Positions 51,901 to 60,400 of a DNA stretch of 64,000 nt are shown piece by piece. A model generated the notes under the pieces. It had not been told where the DNA came from, did no database searches, and saw only the letters and a list, made by a program, of their open reading frames with translations. How positions within the stretch are numbered: position 1 is the stretch's first letter; every line of letters starts with the position of its first letter. The stretch is from a virus, in IMG/VR virus record IMGVR_UViG_3300020187_000022, positions 4,336 through 68,335 of that record; one strand, 5' to 3'. Made by a program: the position numbers and the translations under genes.

Positions 51901-52267
51901 TGGCGTATGACATTTGCTTTTGATAGTTGGCTGTTTTAACCATATCTTTAACAATTAACTTGTCTTCAAAGAATGGTGCAAATACAGCCTTTGCTGATTG
52001 AGCGTTTTGAGCTAAAGATAAATCCATACCCGCAATCTTTTCTAAAGAAGGAGCAAGGTTGTTTACATATTGTTCTCTTTGTTCTGAAGTATCTTGTCTT
52101 GATAAACCTGCGTATACAACTTTATTATATACATCATTTGTTGCTTGCCAATTGGTATTATACTTATCTTGTCGTGTATCAAGAACTGCAGACAAAAATT
52201 TATAGTCTGGTGTAAACGGCTTGATGTCCGGTAAATATTGTTCTGATCCTGGTACGTATGTTGCCAT
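48956..52267 (-). CDS. putative internal virion/ejection protein
   Basis: 1103-aa helical ORF immediately upstream of the vRNAP gene. Confidence 0.7.
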   Translation of the reverse strand: MATYVPGSEQYLPDIKPFTPDYKFLSAVLDTRQDKYNTNWQATNDVYNKVVYAGLSRQDTSEQREQYVNNLAPSLEKIAGMDLSLAQNAQSAKAVFAPFFEDKLIVKDMVKTANYQKQMSYANRLQTSVDFDQRDLWWADGVKELQYRMEDFINMSPDQALDAKLYSYTPDADLGKMADKMLSEMKPPLKMKFDHFGKDPDVVNADGTITKGKVNGDWIITTTNGEAVTGPALAMIQERLQDDPRVQNAYRTQAYVAGRDFAAEGMAAGAFSSVEEGQNAWAVETIKRIEANNNKDITDGTKKLAQQQKSTVRWSNYQQTNGIIPGSDDEKIMKEAQSAFDATSARLQNRMKIRDVAATSSPDLESNLNRAYQLLQLTNMHGDMLKAAKAFSMRDMESTMRVNEYAKQSKQFEHDMAKLSATLTERRNLAFDLQAQKASDAYKLAVLKGEVGDPNDATLDALGNPTTDFTMPETTVWQEGDDVYEMSLKSKLKDDQLNLESQINNVISAATQLNATAGSEEVIIPVEYIKDGETVTENMSIPNLRSFLSQQTEDENGVKTYVNRSVIEQQWKNYESSLNDPEALKKNNIDFTSSGNYKPLLDAFSQTSNSITNSNMDFKTSSKKQYEAYLDSKMLLKGNDLEDSQALIESGFGDIWEKGESDLMVMLTKKEYVDRAIENARQGKLQNPDLTGIDNFGFNGPDENYMVNKTMGRKDMNVVRSVFNSETPYFIKDAPGLQYTTEDTGRPAVQKIRGDRPIDMPKQVRNISVREVRNEAEEAYEILQEQQNEVLKGNIGAGEIDVATYDSVKRRAGSTTADIQNYAAISLPINSEVKGKGDQLYADMLNQIKSGLAKGTKPTLYITELENAKEEGPIAQAVLDDFGMDWYAMRSNSKVSTNIKETPKGKIVYANTFGDPENPEKTKAAYKFFPSDAWQDSKVKGGGGDSQWAGLSPTIRKKIMENGITFTFDQDVDISQGSRNKQMTNNSAIASLVEAGNGYYSKNVPGPNADPGGAYSFQKINSQNYTLNYEIQAYKPSVNGVGGSYVSKGVVSRQVNINPMGSVYGGNMSILEAMEQEVKNLIALQVKANTEAKNKDVAVNGKK

Positions 52268-52326
52268 ATTATAAAATTACTAAAATTTGTTAAGTTTACA
52301 AAGGTAAATATTAAAACCTTTGAGGT

Positions 52327-54822
52327 TTATCCACCCATCTTACCTGTATAGAATGGCACTACCATTCTCTTTATTTCTTTTCCTTTCTTTGCTACTGTTC
52401 TTCCTGATGCACCTCTACTTTTTAATTCAGCTTGACCCACTGTAGTTTGGTCATTAGGTTGTGTTCCTCCAATTCTACTTAGATAACCTTTGATTTCAGC
52501 TTCTGAAGGTGTTCTACCTAACCCCTTAGATAGTTCTGAGATGTCTTGGAAGTATTGTTCTTTTCTAGATTCTCTATCTGCAACACTACCTGTTTTTTTC
52601 AATGCATTAGGATTAGTAAAACCTACCATACCACCTGTCCTAGGATCAACAGCATAGTTGTCATAGGTTGTGTTTAGGTTAAATGTATTTGCTCTATTAG
52701 TTAAAGCAGCATTTTGTAATTTGGCATTTTGACCTATTCTCCAATTCTTAAAGTTGTCTGACGCTTGTAATACTTTTTGAGTATCATCATACTGCTTAAC
52801 ATTTCTGTTAGCTTCCAACTGATTAAACTGAGCATCCATTTGTCCTTGTATTGCAGCAAAACGATTAGCAGTTCCAACATTTCTACTATTTGTTCTACCA
52901 ATTGCAGCAGCATTAGCAGCAAGATTTTGACCTTGTATATTAGAATTAGCTACAGCTTGTGGTCCACCTACGGCACCCAACGCGTTAGCCATTGTACCTG
53001 CAGAAGCATTATTTGCATTAACCGCACCTCTCCAATCATCAAACGTAGGACTAATAACTGTTCTTTGTACATCAGGTTGAAATGGTAGATATAAATTATC
53101 ATCTATTAAACCAAGTGCAGTTAAGTTATTCTGATCTTGTTTCCACCACTCTGCTTTAGGTGGTGTATATTCTTCTGGTATAATTGTTTTTATTTCTTCA
53201 CGTAGTTCTTCTTTAGGTTCTTCAGGAACTTCAGCATCTTTAAAAGTGAAAGGTCTTCTTGAAGAAGTCCAAGTTCCCATCTTACCATCATAACCTGTAC
53301 CTACTCCTTTTTTAAATCCATAGTCTTTAATAAGAGCTTCAATTGCTGTAGCTTCATCTTCATCAGTAAACTCTTTTCCTACACGCTCACGCTCTGCTCT
53401 CATAGCAGCAACTTGTTCTGGTATACTTACTTCATTAAACCACTTTTGATATTTTTCAACTTCTGGATTTTTTTTATTACCGTATTTAGGTAAAGACTCT
53501 ACCAAAGCATCTATCCCAGGATAGTTTGCATTGGCTTCTTTCCATCCTTCTAGATTTTGTGAAGCACCACCAAATAATCCATTGTCTTGATATCCTTGTA
53601 CGTCACTGTAGGTGCTTGAACCAACCCCGTCATCATTAAATGTTATTCCCCATTCATTAGTATAACGATCTTGCATACTTTGATCAAATGCAACATTCTT
53701 ACCTTTTTTGTTTTTCTTTTTATTATTGTTACCTGCAACTTCTTCTGTTACAACTTCTTCTTCCACAACTTCTTCTGTGGCTGTAGGAGAATATGTTTCT
53801 TTTATACTTGCTAATATTTTATCTACTCCATCTAAACCATTTGCATTATAAGCATCTGTTAATTGTTTTATTAAAGCATCTTGTGTTTCTCTATTTAAAA
53901 CACTTGGTGTAATATTATTAAGCAAGCTTTGAAAATCAGGCGAGCTATTACCAAAAGGATCAAAAGATCCATCTTGTGCTTGTGGTAGCACCTCTGCACC
54001 ATACTTAGCCATTTCCTGTTGAGGCATTTGTTCTTGTTGATCTACTTGTGCCATCATTTGTTGAAGCATCATCATTTGCTCTTGTTGCTCCGGTGGTAAT
54101 GAAGCCATCAATTTCATTTGTGCTTCTTCTCTTGTTATAGCTTCCATTTTGGCAGTAAATTCTAATGGGTCAATTCCCTGTTGAACTAAATAAGGATGTG
54201 CTGCTAATGGCACACCATCTTCAAATTTCTTTTTAGATTCTTGTCCAAATGCAACTTTAGATAAATTCATCATGTTTTTCTTAAGCATAAGCTCAGATGT
54301 AACAGCTTGAATCTTATCCGCAAATGGTGATTCTAAATGGGCATAGTAATCATTAAGTTCATATTTTTTAGATAGTTTAGCCGGTGTCATTTTTTTCTTA
54401 GTATTAATACCAAATTCTGCCAGCTCATCTTTTGTAAATTTCATTTTATCTGTATCAGAATAAATAAATGATTGTTCAGGTAAAAACATTGGAACTCCAC
54501 CAGCACTGTGCCTTGGTCCTGTAATGTTATATAATCCAAACTGCCCATCATTAGTTAAATCTGTTAATACAGTTTCTCCGCCTTCAGCTTCTATATTAGC
54601 TCTATCTCTAGGTACACTTGATAAGCTGTAACGTACATCTTTATCATCTGTGTTATTAAAGTTAGTATTACTATAGTACTCTTGTGGAGTTGTAACCAAA
54701 CCATAATCAGCTTGATCACCGGTGTTAAGCATACCACCATGTCTCATAATTTTATCCTCAACGATTTTACCTTTAACTAATTTAAATCCTTCAGGTAATT
54801 TATTTATTTTAATCTTTGCCAT
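52327..54822 (-). CDS. modular internal virion (cargo-like) protein
   Basis: IEAEGGE...GPRHSAGGV domain, Q/M-rich linker; MRHGG, AKYG, AQDG, AKKG and terminal KMGG motifs. Confidence 0.7.
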   Translation of the reverse strand: MAKIKINKLPEGFKLVKGKIVEDKIMRHGGMLNTGDQADYGLVTTPQEYYSNTNFNNTDDKDVRYSLSSVPRDRANIEAEGGETVLTDLTNDGQFGLYNITGPRHSAGGVPMFLPEQSFIYSDTDKMKFTKDELAEFGINTKKKMTPAKLSKKYELNDYYAHLESPFADKIQAVTSELMLKKNMMNLSKVAFGQESKKKFEDGVPLAAHPYLVQQGIDPLEFTAKMEAITREEAQMKLMASLPPEQQEQMMMLQQMMAQVDQQEQMPQQEMAKYGAEVLPQAQDGSFDPFGNSSPDFQSLLNNITPSVLNRETQDALIKQLTDAYNANGLDGVDKILASIKETYSPTATEEVVEEEVVTEEVAGNNNKKKNKKGKNVAFDQSMQDRYTNEWGITFNDDGVGSSTYSDVQGYQDNGLFGGASQNLEGWKEANANYPGIDALVESLPKYGNKKNPEVEKYQKWFNEVSIPEQVAAMRAERERVGKEFTDEDEATAIEALIKDYGFKKGVGTGYDGKMGTWTSSRRPFTFKDAEVPEEPKEELREEIKTIIPEEYTPPKAEWWKQDQNNLTALGLIDDNLYLPFQPDVQRTVISPTFDDWRGAVNANNASAGTMANALGAVGGPQAVANSNIQGQNLAANAAAIGRTNSRNVGTANRFAAIQGQMDAQFNQLEANRNVKQYDDTQKVLQASDNFKNWRIGQNAKLQNAALTNRANTFNLNTTYDNYAVDPRTGGMVGFTNPNALKKTGSVADRESRKEQYFQDISELSKGLGRTPSEAEIKGYLSRIGGTQPNDQTTVGQAELKSRGASGRTVAKKGKEIKRMVVPFYTGKMGG

Positions 54823-54824
54823 AA

Positions 54825-57389
54825 TTATAATATTTCAATATCAGCTCCTGCTGCAATTAATTTTGCTAATAATAATGAATCAACTGTTGCCATTTCACCA
54901 CCTTCTTTTGCTATACCCATATTGGTTCTTACTGTTCTTTGACCTTCACTACCAAATGTTCCTGTATTAATATCCCACGCTCCTCTTTTAAGCATAGGGT
55001 TTTCTTTAGTAGCATATAAATTATCTGCAACCATATTGTTTCTATTATCAGCTTGTGCATCTTCAATGGCTCTATCCTTAAAAAAGTTGTTTACAACTCT
55101 CGCTCCTTGTACTGCAAACTCAGAACCACCAGTATAACCTTTCATTCCGGGACTATCCATAAATCTATTAAAGCCACCCTGAAACTTATTTGTTCTTTTA
55201 ACAGTAGGATCAGAAAATTCTACTTCTTCCTCTTCTTCTGGTAAAAAACTTTTTAAATTAAGTTCAGCTTGAGGAGTAAACATAGATTGTGTTTGTTGTT
55301 GTTGAGGTGTAGCTCCTAAACCAGGATTCTCGTTTAACAATTGAGCATCAGCTACAGCTTGAGTGTCATCCATATAATTGGTTTGACCTGATAGTAAACT
55401 TGAAAAATAATCTCCTTGGTTTTTTAATTGATCTTCAGTGAAATTAAAATCAAACATACCCAGACCTATTTGAGCTTTTGGTAAACTACCTCCGTCTCTT
55501 AATTTATTTTTGTTGGTTTGAGTTTTTTGCCATTTATTATAACTTGTTGGATCTAAAGCTTTATGTTCTGCACTACCCACTTTGTAAGTTTTTTTCTTTC
55601 CAAATTTGTCTATTATAAAATCTTCTACATCATTAACTTTTTCTTTAACAAAGTCACTCGCTTTTGATATGAATTCTCCAGCTTCATTAACACCTTGTTG
55701 AATAAATGGCTTAGCTTCATTATATTTATCTTCAAAAAACTGTCCTGTTTTATTAAATATATTTTGTTTTGGTGTTTGATTTACTGGGGTAATTGAATTT
55801 GATTGAACACCCTTAAGGTAGTCTTGATATTGTTGTGGAGCGTTAGCACCCATTCTATTAAAAGAATCTTGCTTTGCCCATTCCTTAAAACTTAATACTT
55901 TAGCATCCATAATACTTGGTTCTCTAGTAAGATCTACTTCAGTATCTGGAATTGTAGAATTTTCTAACAGCTCGCTTGTGTTACCTTTACCAAAAGTATT
56001 ATAACCCATCATAGTATTGTACTCATTAGGATTATCTACTCCGGCCAAAGGATAACTTATTGCACCTGTTACAGGATCAATACTTAATGTTGTTCCTTCT
56101 GGCATTCCATTAGCTGATGCATTACCATAATCTATAATTTGTTGCCTTGTATCAGCATCTATATCATCAAAGTAATTAAAGTTTTTACCAAACTCATATG
56201 TAGAGTTACCTTCTTTTTTACCAATACCAAAAAAACCTTTTCTTTCTCCATATATATCATCGTTCAACTCTCTACTAGAAATTAAAGCATCATACTTTCC
56301 TGTTTCAGTATTGTAATTTAATCTTGAATTTTCATTTACATCATCCGTAAATGTTTGTAAATCTCTTAAACCCCCATTATTCTTTGATGCATTGTATAAA
56401 TCTAAATTATCATACGCATATGTATTAGGATCATTAGGATCTGTTTCTATTTTATAATTATAGTAATCACCTTTTTGTTGATTCCTTAATGCTCTTTTTC
56501 CTTTTGCATCTCTTAAAAATCCATCTCTTAAACCATCTTTATTTTTATCACCAGATCCCAACAATTTATTGATACCTGTTCCTAATACTTGAAGTCCGTC
56601 AGTTAAACTAAAATTATTTCCTGATTCAAAAGCTAAAGGGTTTACATAGTTTGGTGCTGCAGTCCATTCATCTCTTGCCTGCACTACTCCGTTAATAAAA
56701 CGGTTACCTTTTTTATCTACTTCTAATCCTGTCTGTGCTTTAGGTGCATCATGCCCATAACCTGCTTCTTTAAGTCTAAGATGTGTTTCTATATCTTTAG
56801 CTCTTATCTTTCTATCACCTTTATACATAAAGTGTGGTTTAAAAGCTTTTTGTTCACCGCCTTCTTTTTTATTCCAACCTGCTGCATTCTTAGCAAAATT
56901 AGCCATCTTAACTACAGATGGGGGATATGCTTCTGTATTTGACATAACCTTATTAGCAGCTTCAGAAACACTCATACCACGAGCATCAGCCCATTTTGTA
57001 AACTTACCTTTGTTTTCTGGTTTGATTTCAATACCAGATTTTGCTTGTTGCATTTGAGACTCTTGAGTCATTGCTTCATTTCTAGCAATTTCTTGAGGAT
57101 CTTGTGTTTGTTGTTCTGGAGATGCAGGTCCGGGAGGCTGCATCTTTTGTTGTACTTGTTCAAACAAAGTAACAATATCTTCCTGCGCATAACCTACTTG
57201 CATAAAGACTTGAGCAATAGTTTCTTGATCAACTTGTTGATCTACTAAACTCATAACTACCTCAACAGGATCTTCTCCATTATTAATAGACGTAGAAATA
57301 AATTCTGTAATTTGTTGTATAGCCGGATCTACTTGCTGACTTGCAGCTTGTCCACCCATTTGTTTTACACTTATTTTGTTTACTTTCAC
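54825..57389 (-). CDS. modular internal virion (cargo-like) protein
   Basis: GTG start; short modules separated by KQMGG, AKSG, KKEGG, AQTG, LRDGG, AQIG and AKEGG. Confidence 0.7.
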   Translation of the reverse strand: MKVNKISVKQMGGQAASQQVDPAIQQITEFISTSINNGEDPVEVVMSLVDQQVDQETIAQVFMQVGYAQEDIVTLFEQVQQKMQPPGPASPEQQTQDPQEIARNEAMTQESQMQQAKSGIEIKPENKGKFTKWADARGMSVSEAANKVMSNTEAYPPSVVKMANFAKNAAGWNKKEGGEQKAFKPHFMYKGDRKIRAKDIETHLRLKEAGYGHDAPKAQTGLEVDKKGNRFINGVVQARDEWTAAPNYVNPLAFESGNNFSLTDGLQVLGTGINKLLGSGDKNKDGLRDGFLRDAKGKRALRNQQKGDYYNYKIETDPNDPNTYAYDNLDLYNASKNNGGLRDLQTFTDDVNENSRLNYNTETGKYDALISSRELNDDIYGERKGFFGIGKKEGNSTYEFGKNFNYFDDIDADTRQQIIDYGNASANGMPEGTTLSIDPVTGAISYPLAGVDNPNEYNTMMGYNTFGKGNTSELLENSTIPDTEVDLTREPSIMDAKVLSFKEWAKQDSFNRMGANAPQQYQDYLKGVQSNSITPVNQTPKQNIFNKTGQFFEDKYNEAKPFIQQGVNEAGEFISKASDFVKEKVNDVEDFIIDKFGKKKTYKVGSAEHKALDPTSYNKWQKTQTNKNKLRDGGSLPKAQIGLGMFDFNFTEDQLKNQGDYFSSLLSGQTNYMDDTQAVADAQLLNENPGLGATPQQQQTQSMFTPQAELNLKSFLPEEEEEVEFSDPTVKRTNKFQGGFNRFMDSPGMKGYTGGSEFAVQGARVVNNFFKDRAIEDAQADNRNNMVADNLYATKENPMLKRGAWDINTGTFGSEGQRTVRTNMGIAKEGGEMATVDSLLLAKLIAAGADIEIL

Positions 57390-57405
57390 AACAGTTAATT
57401 TATAT

Positions 57406-57423
57406 TATTAATATACAAATAAA
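57406..57423 (-). promoter_or_regulatory. candidate phage late-promoter motif
   Basis: Identical to 24920-24937; 16 nt upstream of GTG 57389. Confidence 0.55.
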
Positions 57424-57455
57424 TCAAGAGACTTACTAATTTTTAAGGTTTAACG

Positions 57456-60400
57456 TTACCCTATAACATGTGTTAATACATAATTAGCGGGAGTCATTTG
57501 TTTAGCTTTTGCATCCTTATAGTGTAGTCTATTAAGTTTATCATATATCTTTTCAGCCTTAGATTCCATTTTACTACCTGTATAAACACCATTAATATAA
57601 TTTTTATACATAATGTTATTTTCTATTTCACCACCTTTTTTTAACCTATCTAATTGTTCAAATTGCAAATATCGTGAATTACTTTTAACTCTACTTGAAT
57701 AGTTAGATCTGTTATTCCATTTAGAAGGTAAGTTCTTCCACACATCTTTCTTCTCATCAGCTGTCAACTGTTCGTTATATCTAATACCTAATATTGTAGC
57801 AGTTGCAATTGCTGATTTTTGTGGATCTAAAAAATCTTTATTACTGATTATATCAAAGCCTTTTAATGCAGTTTTTTCTTTATCATTTAGCTGACTCCAA
57901 CGTATCTGAGTATATCCCACACTGTTGTTGTCACCTTGTACATCATACGTATCATATTTTGATATAACATCAGGACTTGAACTACCTTGTCTGTCAAAAT
58001 ATTTGTTAGCAGCTCTTAACAAATTACCAGTACCACTATGTGTGTCACCAAAGTTTGACTCAGTACCATATATACCAAAAGCTATTTTTGCTATTTGATT
58101 GTACACATCTCCTGGTATTTGTGCAGCTTGCATTATTTCTTTTTTATTTTTCTCTAATGCATTGATGAAAGGTTTTGTTGTATTATTAAATTCTTCATCA
58201 TCATTAAAATCAAAAGTAGAATACACTTTTTCTTCAAATAATTTTTTATCTAACTTTGCACGTATAGGTTTATAAGATAAAGTAGAAGTACTATAGTTAC
58301 CCCCTTGACCTTCTTGCTTATCACCTCTTAAATCTGTATACTCCAAGTAATCTTTTCTATTCTTACTACTCATTCTCATCACAGCTTTACCATCTACTTG
58401 CTGAAATGAATTACCCTCATCCTCCGGTAATATAAATACAGGCGTACCCGTTGGTAGATTCATATTATATAAAGCTTGTAAATCAGAACACTTACCATTA
58501 ATACAACCGTTGGATGCACTATTGTTTTCAAGGTTGCCGTCATCAAAAAACTTATTTCTAAATCCAGGTGTACCATGTATAGATGTTCCTACTTGTATAC
58601 CACTTTCATTCAACAAATTAAAAGATGGTGCATTTTGATATCTGTTCTCAGAAGTAGGAGCACTTTGATTTATAGTATAAATACCAGCACCTGTTGATCT
58701 GTTACCAGCCATCCAGTCTGTTTTATACTTACCTCCTCTTTTGTCAGCCGCAGTAGTTATACCATCTTTATTATAATCTATTACATTTGTAACCGTTTGA
58801 GCATCTCCATCATTCGCACCCGTTAAAACTTCAAAATCCAAATCAACTTCATCACCTCTATATAATTTTAGCCTTTGTGTTTTTTTATCAATTACAACAT
58901 ATGCTTGATTCGGGTTATTTAGTAACTGTGAATTTATAATAATATTTTCATCAGTAAGTTGATTTACTTTGTCATTGTTTTTTTGAATATCATCTACACT
59001 ATACCATGCCTCATCTTTTAATGGTTTTTCTTCTCTATAAGAATCCGGTAAGATTAATTCTTGATTAACATTAATTTTATTTACATCTTGTATATTATTT
59101 AACTTAGCTAATTGAGTAACGGAAGTATTATACTTAGTTGCTAACTTTCCTAACGTATCACCAGATTTAATTGTGTATCTGTTAAGCGTAGAGTCCTGTG
59201 ATATTTCAGGTACAACTAATTCTTGATTTATATTAATCATGTTAGGGTCTGATATATCATTTAACCTAACAAGTTCATCAACAGATGTTTTATATTTATT
59301 AGCAATTTTACCTAAGTTATCTCCAGCAGAAACTATGTATTTTTCACCACCTTCTTGAAATGTTTTATATCCATTCTTAATACCTTCTTTTCCTGCTGCT
59401 GTTTTACTTTCTAAAAAACTAGCTCTGTCTCCATCAGCCTCTACATTTTTATGACCCGTTAACCATACGTCTAAAGAAGATATATTACCGTCTGCAAAAT
59501 CTGAAAGCTTTGTTTTTGATTCAATTAAATTTGCTAAAAACAATGCATATTGATCTTCTGAAGATAATTCATCAGCTGATTTAGCATTTACAATACTATC
59601 TTTTATAGTAAATCCTTTTGCATCTGCAACATTTTTATATCTTTTTAATGCTGTGTCAAATGACTCACCCTCAAATTGAAACAAACCTCTACCAGGTCCA
59701 CCTTGATATTGTTTAGCTTTTGGGTCCATTCTTGACCATGGACTTGATTCATGATAAGCAATTGTGTCTGCTAATTGACCCCATGTATCTACTGTACCTC
59801 CTCTAGTATCTACTAGATAATTAGATAAAGCATTATAATCTAATACATTAGAATTTTTAGATACTCCTGTTTTTGGCATAGGGGGAGATCTATCTATTTT
59901 ATTTGGTAAAACTAATTGTTGACCTAACTTTAAATTTTCATAATCTAAATCAGGGTTGGCTTCTTTTAATGCGTTCCATGGTATTTTATTTTTATTAGCA
60001 ATACCATAGAATGTATCTCCTTTTTGTACTTTATATTCTCCTGTCTCACCTCCGGGTTGTAACTCATCTAAAGGTGTTTTTCTATAACCCCTTATAGGAT
60101 CTTTTTTATAAAAATTAAAGTTATCAACATTTCTCATTTTAGGTTTCATAATGCCTATATCACCAACAAATTTGTTGAATGGTTTTGGATCCATCTGCAT
60201 AACTTGCATATATGCTGGTTGAAAATATGAATCCATACCCTTATACTTAGTTGGGTCTGACGGATTAAATTCCATTAAAAAATCTGAACTTCCAGATCTA
60301 CCTCTAGTATTACGCAAACCATCTAAACCTGGTTTTGCTGTTTTATCATACTTAAAAAATGTTTCACCTTTCTTAAAGAATGGACCATTATACCTTTTAT

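Noticed and set aside
52299-52306. TACCTTTG (- strand) as a host promoter for the 1103-aa gene
   Set aside because: It matches the -7 box, but there is no TTG at the expected -33 position; too weak to call.
54010-54125. Q/M-rich stretch as a DNA repeat element
   Set aside because: Low-complexity protein linker without a regular nucleotide period.
3126-57439. TTAGTAA (- strand) near several promoter-like sites
   Set aside because: Spacing to GTATATT varies (6, 10, 16 nt) and the word is expected often in AT-rich DNA.
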